A program made the translations under genes and the position numbers. Below are positions 48,427-60,176 of a DNA stretch of 64,000 nucleotides, one piece after another. Position 1 is the first letter of the stretch. The number at the start of each line of letters is the position of its first letter. The DNA is from Eukaryota sp. TZLM1-RC (lineage: Eukaryota > Protista > Metamonada: BaSk clade): positions 372,001 through 436,000 of the forward strand of contig JAUPSS010000011.1 of the NCBI GenBank assembly GCA_040285825.1, read 5' to 3'. The notes beneath the pieces were generated by a model. It was given only the letters and a program-made list of their open reading frames with translations. It was not told the DNA's origin and did no database searches.

Positions 48427-49322
48427 GAAACTTCAACAAATGATGACGCTTTGCGTAGCACGGCTAAGCCAGAGAATGACTGCTTTTGCAAATTTTTTGA
48501 TTGATTTCAAGGAGAATTCATCTACAGTTTTGTTGAAGCAAATTCCCCAAATTGATGGGTTATCATTAAATGACGACCAATGGACTACTGCTATGAGAAT
48601 GCGATGTAATTTTGAGCCTTGTAATTTGCCAAACGATCTGTATTGTAAATGTGGAGTTCGTTTGATATTATCGCATTTATTTAATTGCAACAGATTTATT
48701 ACGTATCGTTCCACTATGCAACACGCTGTCAAAGATTAAATCCATGCAATGTGTAACTCCTTTCATATTGAATCGTTTGTAGAACCGTTGTTGAGGACTA
48801 TTGATACAAATGAAAACGTAAGAGATTCAAAATATGGAAAACGGCGTGCTGATGTTGTTGTGCCCTCACTTGATTATGTCTTGAATGTGTTTGACGTTGT
48901 AAGAGTGTGTGTATATGAGAAAAAAGCCTTGAAAAATGCAGAATCCGAAGTATCCCCCTCGATGATTCAGAATTGTTCAAACAAAAGAAATATGCAAATC
49001 TTTTGAAATAGTTGAAACAAGTTCGTCATATAGAATATCAAATTTGACCACTTGCTATACCTTTGTGTGGACGTCTTGGAAAAACCGAAGTGAATTTTAT
49101 TGATGATTTTGAAAATCTTGTAAAAAGAAGAATGAATAAGTGTTTTGATCGTCGAATGTGGTTGAATTGTATTGTTTTTACTATTTTCAAAACAATTCCA
49201 AAAATGATTTCGAAAGCTTTGATGTCTGTCAGTGCTCATTACGAAAACATTGCTGTTGTAAGGTTTGATGGTGTTGAAGCTTGTTTTGAAGATATGGATT
49301 TCTAGTTAAATTTGTGAAAATA
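48427..49322 (+). mobile_element. RLE retrotransposon family B 3' fragment
   Basis: CKCG...HLFNC...H, RRADVVVP, WLNCIVFTIFK. Confidence 0.85.
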
Positions 49323-49508
49323 AATTACAGAAAAACCAAAAAAACCAATGGTTACAGACAAAAAAACTGTTTAAAGGTGATGGAACAAAATTTGTAATTA
49401 ACCAATCGAGAAATGTACTGATTCTGTCAACATTTATTAAAACAATGACTAATAAAAAATTTTTGGTATAAAGACTAAAACTAAGAAAAACTAAGAAAAA
49501 CCCTATGT

Positions 49509-52184
49509 TTAATTAGCAGTTGGGCAACTCCTTCTGTCATGACCTGGCTGCCTACACAAACCACACTTTCTGGAAGCACGCATAGACAAAGTAGGCAAGT
49601 TAACAACAACCTTTTCACTTATAAGAGAAGCATTGGAGGCAACAGCATTGTTGGGGAGAGGGACATGGGAGGGGGGAAGGGAATTGACGATTGCCTTGGG
49701 TCGAGGAGCTGAGAAGCCTGGGTTGACATTAGTGATATACCTCAAAAAGTTAACCTGATCACATCCTCTAGTGCAAATTTCAGAACCATTAAATAAAATT
49801 ACACAATAACTAGAATCATGACATTTAAGGCAAGGTCTTTTGGTTTCAACTACATCTCCTTGACCAAAACTTAGTGTGGTCTTGCACTTTGGAAAGCTAG
49901 AACAACCTAAAAAAGGACCAGAATGACCAGATCTTAGTTTAAATAGGCCAGGTTTCTTAGTTCTGCTGCACTTTGTACAAGGAAAGAGTGATAAACGCTG
50001 AATATTTTTCTTAGAAAGGGGGCAACTTGGTTCGAAACACTTCCAACATGAGGTAAAAGAATGATTACTAAAATGGCAGTTGGGGCAATAAGGCTTGGCC
50101 GTGCTAAAATTGGGCGATTTAACTTCCACCACAAAAAACCCGCACATGACACATTGAACTTCTGGCAAATGTTTAGTAATAATCTTTTCTTCTCTTTTAC
50201 CATTGGAGAAATCAAAGTGCACATCACAAAATGTACACGTCACTCTCAAGTCAATGTTGTTGGTGGAAAGTGCCATCTGCCCGCCACATTTACAGGGACT
50301 GATGTTGCCATCAATCAAAACAAAAGGGTTGTTGAGTAATTCAGGTGACGTAACAGAAATGAAACAATTCATAAAGGTTGCCATGTTACTTTCAAGATGG
50401 TCAAAGGCCTCTCTAAATGCTCTAACAGCCCTCTCAATGGCTTCATCTTTGGTTATTTGATTGAGGGACAGCAATGTAAAGTCCTTTTCCATTGAGGCTC
50501 GGAGGGAGCTATCAGCAATTGCCAAACCCAACTCTAAAAACCCCTTAATTAAGGCCATCCCAGAATTGGTGGGCACGATTGAACTACCCCTTCTAATGGC
50601 ATATTGTCTTTGAATGACAGTATTAATATGTTCTGCTGCAGTAGCATCTGTGCCGATTCCAAATCTTTCCATTTCTCCCAAAAGACGATGCTCCGACATT
50701 AAGGGAGGAGGAGAAGTATAACCTTGACGAAGAGTCACGTGGGAAATGGGATAAGAGCAGTCTTGGTCAAACTCAGCTGCTTCTTCAGATGAAGGAGGCC
50801 ACTTCATGTTAATAGCCTTTTGGAATCCCTTTTCAACAACTCTATATTTCAGAGTTGTAAAATATTCTTCCCCCACTTTAAAAGTGAAACACTTACGTTG
50901 TGCATAGCTTGCAGGCATGAATAAGGCTGCGAATCTACGTAGAATATAATCCAAGACTTGCTTTTGTGGATGGGTGAGGGGAGTTATATCGCTAGATTTA
51001 ATCACTCTTGCAATCATAATAGGATCATGTGCATTATCAGAAGAAGTTCCGTTTCGAGGGTAATTAATGTTGGAGACATCAAATGTGGCGAGGAAAGAGT
51101 TCCACGAGGGATGATCATTTCTCTGTATTTGATTCTTCAGTAAGCTCTGAACACTGTCAAAGTTGACGATTTTATTCGAGTCAGTTCTGGGATAAGTGAT
51201 TAATCCTTTAAGGTAAAGTTCTTCAGCTATCTTGAGAGTTTGCTTTGCAGAATAACTAAAATTCTTAGTAAAGTGCTTTTGAAGTTCTACTGTGGTTAGT
51301 GGTAAAGGCGGGTGCTTCACCAAGTCTTCAGTTTCAATGGCAACTACCAAGGCTCCATCTTCCTGATGAGAACGAACATGTTCAAGGTAAGAAGCAGCAG
51401 CGGCTTCATCATCCACTCTGTTCCTTTTCCACGTTATGGTGGTTCCACGTGATAATCTGACCTCCAAATAATGAAATACTTGTGGAATGAAGTTTGAATT
51501 GGCTAAATAAGCATCAGAAATTAATTTTAAAACAGGAGACTGGCAAGGACCCCATGACACTGGTCTTTTTTTCCTAGAGTTTTGATAAGAAGAACTTGAA
51601 AGACTCAGTGTTAGCAGCCTGGTGAATGCACATCCGATTCTATAGTCAAGTTCTTGTCTGACTGTGACAGCATTGTAGGCATAGTGGTTGAGCTCTCCCA
51701 AAGAAGCAAAACCATTGAGGATTGTGGTGGCAGAGAGAGAATTGAAAACAACCCTTTTTACTATTAATCTGGCATTAGCAGATATTGCCTCTGCGGCTAT
51801 GGAACATCCGATGGCTTCTCCTTCCCGATCACAATCTGTGCAAATAAGTAAATAAGTGGCCTTTTCTGATTGTTTCTTAATAAAACTCACAATACGAACA
51901 GCATCTGATTTAACTGAATAGGAAACAGGGCAGTCAAATAGATCACGAGGGGGACATGAACTCCATGCTTCATTATGAGTAAATGAGATTGAGTGTATGT
52001 GTCCAGAAACAGACGTGATAGAGAACGTTCCTGAGAGAGAACCCACTGTGCCGGTAAATTGGAACACTTTATTGTACTTGGAGGATGTGTGGAAAGTTTG
52101 GTAGTTATTGGATAGAGCAGAAGCAATGGTTTTAGCGGCGGAAGGTTTTTCTGCTACACAAAGAACATGACAATCAGCCATCAT
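49509..52184 (-). CDS. TOP3A: DNA topoisomerase III alpha
   Basis: VAEKP TOPRIM, DCDREGE, RQELDYRIG, catalytic ITYPRTDS, GIGTDATAAEHI, Zn ribbons, C-terminal CCHC knuckle. Confidence 0.92.
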   Translation of the reverse strand: MMADCHVLCVAEKPSAAKTIASALSNNYQTFHTSSKYNKVFQFTGTVGSLSGTFSITSVSGHIHSISFTHNEAWSSCPPRDLFDCPVSYSVKSDAVRIVSFIKKQSEKATYLLICTDCDREGEAIGCSIAAEAISANARLIVKRVVFNSLSATTILNGFASLGELNHYAYNAVTVRQELDYRIGCAFTRLLTLSLSSSSYQNSRKKRPVSWGPCQSPVLKLISDAYLANSNFIPQVFHYLEVRLSRGTTITWKRNRVDDEAAAASYLEHVRSHQEDGALVVAIETEDLVKHPPLPLTTVELQKHFTKNFSYSAKQTLKIAEELYLKGLITYPRTDSNKIVNFDSVQSLLKNQIQRNDHPSWNSFLATFDVSNINYPRNGTSSDNAHDPIMIARVIKSSDITPLTHPQKQVLDYILRRFAALFMPASYAQRKCFTFKVGEEYFTTLKYRVVEKGFQKAINMKWPPSSEEAAEFDQDCSYPISHVTLRQGYTSPPPLMSEHRLLGEMERFGIGTDATAAEHINTVIQRQYAIRRGSSIVPTNSGMALIKGFLELGLAIADSSLRASMEKDFTLLSLNQITKDEAIERAVRAFREAFDHLESNMATFMNCFISVTSPELLNNPFVLIDGNISPCKCGGQMALSTNNIDLRVTCTFCDVHFDFSNGKREEKIITKHLPEVQCVMCGFFVVEVKSPNFSTAKPYCPNCHFSNHSFTSCWKCFEPSCPLSKKNIQRLSLFPCTKCSRTKKPGLFKLRSGHSGPFLGCSSFPKCKTTLSFGQGDVVETKRPCLKCHDSSYCVILFNGSEICTRGCDQVNFLRYITNVNPGFSAPRPKAIVNSLPPSHVPLPNNAVASNASLISEKVVVNLPTLSMRASRKCGLCRQPGHDRRSCPTAN

Positions 52185-52207
52185 AGAGCAATAAAATCAC
52201 GAAAATA

Positions 52208-52345
52208 AGGTCAAAGCCTATTGGCTCCTTCGACGAAAGGAGATATTGCAGCCCTCAGACTGGAGAATTGTGTTAGGTGACCTCTTTTGAAAGGAATGGG
52301 AAATTCCCATAAATACACGATCAATTTTCGTGCGGAATAATTACT
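52208..52345 (-). ncRNA. Structured RNA, candidate Fanzor omegaRNA scaffold
   Basis: On the minus strand: gcacga/tcgtgt, atggg/cccat, and aggtca-ccta/tagg-tgacct enclosing cagtc/ggctg and ctcctt/aaggag hairpins; directly after the Fanzor stop. Confidence 0.55.
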
Positions 52346-52349
52346 AAAA

Positions 52350-52740
52350 CTATCTATTAGACAGATACTGAGGCCTTTCATTACCTCTCATTCTGGCTTC
52401 AGCAATTGCAAACATATTGAGACAAGCCAACTTATTTCTATTGAAAAGCTTTGTTGAGCATTTGTTACTGAGTTTGCAACTCTCACTGTTACAAGCTAAT
52501 AAACCATGACACGTAGTAACAGGAGTGTTTTCTCTTCTATAGCATCTGGGATTTGTGACTCTCAAAAACGTAATAACCTTTTCAAAACAAACAGGACATT
52601 TTGCTGAAGTGAAAGCTTCATTAATCATCAATACATCAAATCCATTCCTTTTCAGAAATTGAATCCATCCACTGCCTCGATTAGGTCTCTGATGTTTTAA
52701 GTTCTTAGCACCTTTTTTACCATAATTGTTAGCTGTGGCT
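52350..52740 (-). pseudogene. Fanzor1-type C-terminal fragment
   Basis: INEAFTSAKCPVC...NPR...CHGLLAC...C...FNRNKLACLN...GNERPQYL; RuvC-III Asp replaced by Asn. Confidence 0.82.
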
Positions 52741-52879
52741 GAACGTGACCTTCCATTTTAGGAAGGAGGATCACGTCATCGTAGATTCAAATTGTAGTTT
52801 ATTTTTATTTTTCTTTGATTTCTTATATTCTGTCCATAAACTTCTGTTTTTGTTAATGTTTAGTGCACGAAAAGCAACA

Positions 52880-55800
52880 GTAATTACTGGAGCCCGTAAG
52901 GAATCCTTCCTGCCTCATGTCCCCGCCCAGAATTCCGCGAACCTGATTGCTCCGTATTTGAGTCATACCGGTAGAGAGTCCGTCTCCTGCTATGTAGAAG
53001 CATTGCAGGTCTACGCGTAACGTATGTCATGTCATGTCATGACAGATGTGACAAGATACCCTTCTGCTACTCACTCCCAGTCCTCATCCACCAAGGAAGC
53101 CACCCGTTCTCCCTCCGCCCCTGATACTGAACCAACCATCTCCGCCATGACTAAGGAGATTGAAGACTTGAGAAGCAGACTCTCTCAAGTGTCTTCCCAG
53201 TTTTTAGCTTACGCTGAAGCCTCCAACTCTGACACTGAGCCCATTCAAGCCAATGAGTGCTCTACTCCCGTTTCCTTTCGTCCTCCCGATGATCCTGCTG
53301 AAGACGCTGACTCTTCCCTCTCTAATTCCCCAAACCTCCCCGGATTAGCCTCATTTGAACTCCGTAGCAGCTCTGAAGAAGACCGCCTCTTCGAAGCCAT
53401 GTTGTCTTATGTTCCATACACAATCGCTCCAATCGTTTTGGAGACATTTGAAATCTGTTATGGAATAGATCCTAGAAGTCCTTCCCCTATTCTGACCCAT
53501 CTCATGTCAATGTGTCAGTTCCAGGACCCTGCCAGCATATATCAAAGATTCCACTCCCTCCGTGTCTCTCTCCGCCCCCACAGCTGATGAAGCTGTCACG
53601 TCTTATATTACTCAGTTCCTCAAACTTGTCCGACTCTGCCCCTCTCCTCTCCCTGAATCTGCAAGGATGAAGTTTTTCTCTAACGGAATCCGCCCCGACA
53701 AACTCAAGATGGTGATCAAGACTGACATAAAAGTTGGAACCATCTATAGCTTTGCCTCTCTTGTCTCTCGCCTCCGTGAACTCCTCCGTGCCTACCACCT
53801 TGCTTATTCTGCCTATTATGCGAATAGAGACACTGCTTTTCCTCCTCCTAGAGACTCTTGTCCCCCTCGACAATCATCTTCTTCTCAAAGAACCCCTCGT
53901 CAGACACCTCGTAACTCTCCTTTTCGCCCTGCTCCCTCTCTTGCCAAGCCACCCGCTTCCTCGCATTCTCAACGCTCTAACTACTCAACCCCTCCCCATA
54001 GCTCCCCTGTGACCTGCTTTTACTGCAAGGAGCCAGGCCATGTGATTAAAGATTGTCCTAAGTCTGGTTGTAAAGCCAGCCAGAAGCCCCGTCGCCCTCT
54101 TGGTAAGAGACCTTCCCTCCAAAGGAAGCTTTTCACTAGAAGAAGCGTCAACCAAGTAACTCATGCTGCTCCTGACCATAACGCCGACTCTGTTAACTCA
54201 ATCATTGACTCGATCCAGAAAGCTATCAATGAAGAACATCAAGTAGATGCAACATACCTCCATGGTTTAAGCTCCTCCTCCTCTTCCTCCTCTGATACTG
54301 AGCCTTACAGAGCCACTCTGAATTCTTTTTCTTCAATAAACCATAGTACTTACTTTCCTTTATTACACCAACACCCTGCTATGGCACATCAGCAAGCTGA
54401 AGACTTCCAACACCTTTTCAATAATCTTGAATCTATTACCTCTGCTCTAGCCTCACGTAACGACACCCATATCTCTCCGTTCCTGCCGCCCTCTGACTCT
54501 GGAATTGACTCTTCCTTTGACTCTTTGTCTGACACTTCTGAAGTAGTTTCTAAGGTCGACTCTAATAACCACATGGTACCGCCAGGCAACGCTCCTTTCC
54601 GCAAAAATGGTTTTTTGCTGTTGGAAGCTAGTCCCGACCTCAGCTCTGAACCAGGGATGATTGACGCAGACTGTGCTCGTCACGACGGTGGAGTAACGCG
54701 TGGACCATTAGAATCGCACCTTCAGAACTCTTTTAGAGCTAAAGACCCAGAGCTCACTGGAACCGCTCCTGCCCAGAACGCAGAACCCTATGTTTCTCTT
54801 TCAGCCCAAGAACTCAACAAGCCCGTAGATATGAAGCTCCTCCATCTTAAGATTTACGTTGACTCCCAGACTATGCTTAATGGAATGGTAGACACTGGTG
54901 CTACCGTGTCTTGCATATCTCGTGACCTACTCAAGCAAGCTAGGCTGAAGCTAACCTCCAAGACTCTAGAAGTTGGTTTAGCCGACAAAACCAAGCTCTC
55001 CTGCCCCCTTGCTTCTGGAAAACTCGCTTTTGTTCTAGGTGGTGCTGCTAAGCTCACCTACGTGAACGTAACCCTTGTCGTATTGCCATTTCAAACTCTT
55101 GCATCATAGGATGTGATTTATTAAGAAAGCTAGGCATTCTGACCTCCGACTATTTGTTCTTGAACCTCTCTGCCAGAAACCTCCAAATTCTCGAAGACGA
55201 AGCCATACCAGACCAGTATATACCGCCTTCCGACCAAGTATCCTCTTTTTCCTCTCTCCCTGATTTAGATAAAGCCTCATTCAAGCTGAATGACCCTGAT
55301 TTAGAAAGCTCCGTCAGATCCCTCCTGTTCAAGTATCCCGAAATTTTCTCGAAGCTCCCCGACCCCGAAGGTATTAACTGCCCTCCCATGCGAATACCGT
55401 TCCATGATGAGTCCAAGATAGTGAGCAAGAAGTTTCGCTATCTCCCTACGGATAAGCTAAAAGTAGCTAACGAGGAATTTGACACTCTGATCAACAACGG
55501 TTTCGCTGTGCCTTACGATGGTCCCTGGAGCTCGCCTATTTGCCTCGTACAACGCCCTGACAAACCTCCTAGATTAACTGACGACTACTCTGGTGCTGAC
55601 GGTGTTAACGAACTTTCTGCCTCTGTCCCCGCTGACCTCCCCAGGATTTTTGACGTATGCCAATTCCTGTCTGGTTGCCACTACATTGCCACACTAGACC
55701 TCCCAAAAGCCTTATGGCAGCTGAACCTTCATCCTGATGATCAGGAAAAATCTGCTATAGCTATCCCCGGCCGCAAAATCAAGTACACCCGTGCTGCCTT

Positions 55801-58800
55801 TGGTCTCAAAAATGTCCCAGCTATATTCCAGAACCTGATGAAGAAAGTCTTCAAATCTGACGGTGTCTTTATTTACATGGATGACATTATCGTAGCTGCC
55901 TCTGATAAGAAGTCCTTCCTGGCCAGACTAGAATTTATTTTTAAGCAAGCCGCCAAGTATCGAATCCGCATAGGCCTCCACAAGTGTTCGTTTCAAACCA
56001 AGGAACACCCAATTAAGGTCCTTGGATCTATTTTTGAAAATGGCCAGCGAAGAATAGACCCCTCCAAGATTGAATCCATTACCAAGCTCGCCCCTCCCAC
56101 CTCTGTCCCTGAATTCCGATCATTTATCGGATCTGTGAACTTTCTCCGCGATTGGTTACTTTCTGTATCCGCTGAAATTGAACCTCTGACCGCTCTCCTC
56201 CGTAACAAGCCGAGAAGAGTACGACTAGGTCCCTCCGAATTGAAGAACTTTGACAACATTAAGAAAATGATAACCAGCAGCTTACCTCTCGTCCTTCCCG
56301 ACTCTGATAGCAACATCTTAGTCTCTACTGACGCTTTCGAAAAGGCTATTGCTGGAATCATTTGGAAAGAACTAGAACCCTCTCCTCCTGGGATTTGTCT
56401 ATCCGAAAGAAAGGTTATGCCCATTTCCTTCTATTCTAGAATCTTGTCCGCCTCTCAACAACGCTGGTCTACCCTCCAGAAAAAACTATTCGCCATAGTT
56501 ATGACTCTCAACCAGCCCAACTTGTCGTGTTAGTCCTGCTCTCTAGACACCTCACGATATTTTCCGACCACAAGAATCTGTCGTATTTATTCAGTTGCCC
56601 TGACTCTAACGGCGTAGTGTTTCGATGAATCCCAGTACTACAATCTTTTTCGTTTGACTGAGTTCATATCGAAGGTCCAAAGAACTTTTGGGCAGACTAT
56701 TTATCCCGCGCTTCTCTACTCCCCGAAAAGAAGAAAGAGAAGAAGACCAGAGATATCTGTGATAACCCTGCCCCTGAACTGTGTCATATGATGACTCACC
56801 GAGACAAGGCCAAACCCCCTCTGTGGAACTACCTAAACCTCGATAATCTGAGACACTTCGATACAGACCACTGGTACGATATTGACTATGATACTGCTGA
56901 ACGAACCTTCCATCCCTCCGCCCTCCGCTCAAAGCACAGCACCGTAGCCTATCTAAATTCCTTGAAACATCTCATCCACTACAACGTGAATCCAGAACCG
57001 TACGACTATCTTGCTTTCTCCTCCGCCCTATGCTTTACCTTGTCCACCGACCTGCCCTTCCTATACCAGAACACCTCAGCTCCGAGAGACTACGACTGCA
57101 GCTATCCTTTGAATATGCCTTCCCGGAGACTTACCGTCAACGATCTCATCCAGCAAGCCAACTGGAATACCCGAATTTATTTCCATCATCCTAGAATGCC
57201 CTTCCTGGACTACCTCCCTGAAGTAGTGCCTCAGAACGCCCACCTGGTCATCCTCAACCACATTCCTCCCTACACCACAATAGGCGTTTTGGTCTCCGTA
57301 GTTGACATCTTCCATATCATCCCTCTCCCTACCTACATGGTACCTTTTGATTTAAGCCACAGCCGATTCATTTCAAATTGCTTCCATAATACTATAGCTT
57401 CCTCCGATGCCAAGGAAGATGCTTACGACCATCGACGTAGCCTTGGGTACAGAGCCGAGCGAGCTAGCGAACGATACAAATTCCACGATCCTCGCTGTAA
57501 CCCCCAGGAATGCCCTAACTCCCCTCGCTATGACCATTACCCCTGGCATCCCGATACACTTGCCCCCAGCCTATATGGTGAGCAACTCTACGATTGGTGT
57601 CTTCATCCCAGATTTCTCAAGTACTTAGATCTACCTCATACTCAAACATCTTTTGGACCTATGTTCCCTGACGCTAATTACCATCTATATTTCCTTAATC
57701 CTTGCGTAGATGTAACCACCTACATTCCTCTCTGTCTATCGAAGCCCGTCGTCCACAGAATTTACCATTACGATAACGATGAACTGACTCCTTGCCCCTT
57801 TGCCATCCCCGGATTAGAACTAGTTTACGGACACCAGATTGATCCCAGTGATCGATCTATTCATTATCATTTAATGCCACTTGATTACTCCTCCGTAGCT
57901 GAAGCTGAATTGGACAACCCTGACCCCGACTTTATTCACAATGAATCAACTTCTTGCTCTCACTTCCCGGATCTGATCAACCTGTACTTTAATGGGCCCA
58001 TTCAACATCACTCAATTTTGGACTTCATTTTCCAAGACAAACGACTCGAGATAATCCCTCATCCTACTCGTTCCCATGCTTTCGCCCTGCTTGGATACCC
58101 TGCTGATCAACCCAGGTACTACTTACCTTCTCTCAGAAGTGAACTGCCGTCTAGATTAGAAGTTTTCGAAGCTGAACCAGCTATGTTTAACCACAAACGG
58201 TTCCTTAAAGAACAAAGCATGTCCCTTGCCGAAGACCTCCCTTCCCGCGAACACCCTGATCAGCCCATTGATATTTCTTCTGACTCATCCGACGACGTCC
58301 ACATCGTCTCAGCTGTCACCTCCTCTAGTACCTCCGATTCCTCCAGCCATGGTTTACTGCCATCCAAACACTTCAGTTCACCGGCCGCTGCGTTCTTGAA
58401 TAAGATATTCAAAGCCCAACAGAAAGTTCCAGATAATGATCCTCTGTTCGCTAACTGTCTCATCGACGCCCCGTCCGGACTAAAACTTTCCAAATCCGGA
58501 AAGATACTGGTTCCTCCATCCATGCGCCCTGAGATCCTCCTGCTTGCCCATGGATCAATTGAAGCTGGCCACCCTCCATTTGCCCAATGCTGGAAATTTT
58601 TTCAACAATCTGATTTTCAGTGGCCTGACATGCGGAACGACCTTCGAACCCACGTCAATGCTTGTATCCCTTGCCAAAAGACTGCCCCCATTCCGAAGAC
58701 CTTGATCTCCTCCACTGGATCCTTGAATTCCGTTCGCCGCCCGTTTGAAAGTCTCCACTGTGACTCCATTGGCCCCCTGCCCGTTGATTCCTATGGATAA

Positions 58801-58900
58801 AGATATATTGTCCATTTCGTTGAAGCATTTTCCAAGTTCAGCATCCTTGTCCACAAAAGACCTCAAAGCATTAACAATTGCCAACTCCTTAATCTCCTCT
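52880..58900 (+). mobile_element. Ty3/Gypsy LTR retrotransposon internal region (gag-PR-RT-RH-[insertion]-IN), decayed and 3'-truncated
   Basis: CFYCKEPGHVIKDC knuckle, VDTGA protease, YMDD RT, STDA/SDHKNL/ADYLSR RNase H, H..GH..CxxC and HCDSIGPLP integrase; GC visibly higher than flanks; no LTR seen. Confidence 0.92.
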
Positions 58901-59224
58901 GTTTAATCATGATTTTGGTAAAGATGACCATCCTGATAGGTTTCAAGATCAAAGCACATAACAGTGGGAAGATTTTGATTTGAGGTCATTGATTTAAGGG
59001 AAAACTCCAAAATCCACACGTTTTTCAAAGATAGAACAAAATCCACACTTGCAAAACAAAATCCACACACTTTCATAGATTCACAACACAATCCACATTT
59101 CCTATGAACATTGATCTTAAACGTCTTAGGAACGATGCAACATTGGTGGCAACAGAACACAAGACATTTGAGTCGAGATTGGACTTACAGACCTTCTTAC
59201 ATCAACTTGCACTTCACCACAACA

Positions 59225-60176
59225 GTAGATGCAGCTGGACATACATTTCCTCTTGCTTTCGGAGTAGTTGAAAATGAACATTATGATTCTTGGAAATGGT
59301 TTATAGAACAGCTAAAGAAGGTTTTTGATTTGACTGGTATTACTGTCATATCTGATCGACAAAAAGGACTTATCAAGGCTGTTGGGGAAACGTTGCAAAC
59401 CTCTGCTCATGCATTTTGTGTAAAGCATCTTGCCGATAATGCCAACGGTAAAGGTTCTAAAAAGGCCCGACCGTTCATATTCCGATTGGCCAAATGCGGT
59501 TCCAAAGTTGAATACGAGAAATTGTTGCGTGAAATGACGTTAGTGAGTCCAGTTGCTGCAAACTACATCCGTAATACGGCTGAACCACACCATTGGGTTG
59601 AATATCAATTTCCAGGGAACAGATGTGGTCATGTTACCAGCAACATAGTTGAATGTGTAAATGCGTGCATTGCAGAAGCTCGTCAGCTTCCAATTTACAT
59701 ATGTTTGAATCGATTAGGTCAATGTTGGCGAGATGGTTTATTACGAGAAGAAAAGAAGCACGAAACTTATCATCAACTATTGTCTGCAGAGCAAATGATA
59801 TTTTGGAACAGAGACTGTTACAATCTCGAGATTTAAAAGCTGTGGAATTGGACCAAGCTGAATTTGAAGTGAGAGAGAACGGCATTGTATTTACTGTCAA
59901 TGTGGATTCCAACGAATGCTCATGTGGAGCTTTTTTCAAGTCTTAATATAGTTTTTTAATATACTAACTCAACCTCCAATTCCTACACCGCGAGCAGGAA
60001 AACCAGGAGTCGTTAGGAAGAGGAGAAGTAATGAACCAAGAGGACCCAACAGCCGCAGTGAGAAGTTTACTGATGCAGTTGAACCAGCGCCCAAACAACG
60101 ACGCAAGTACACATGTAAAGTATGTGGTGTCGAAGGACATAACGCAAGAGGATGTCCCAACAAAGATAAAGAATAG
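59225..60176 (+). mobile_element. MULE/Mutator transposase remnant (DDE, SWIM, Zn knuckle)
   Basis: DAAGHTFPLAFGVVENE..SWKWF, ISDRQKGL, CVKH, TSNIVEC, CSCG, CKVCGVEGHNARGC; frameshifted. Confidence 0.9.

Noticed and set aside
52888-52905. TGGAGCCCGTAAGGAATC as a Gypsy primer-binding site
   Set aside because: It starts with TGG, but the spacing is 2 nt off a canonical tRNA 3' end and no TG...CA LTR precedes it, so it cannot be supported
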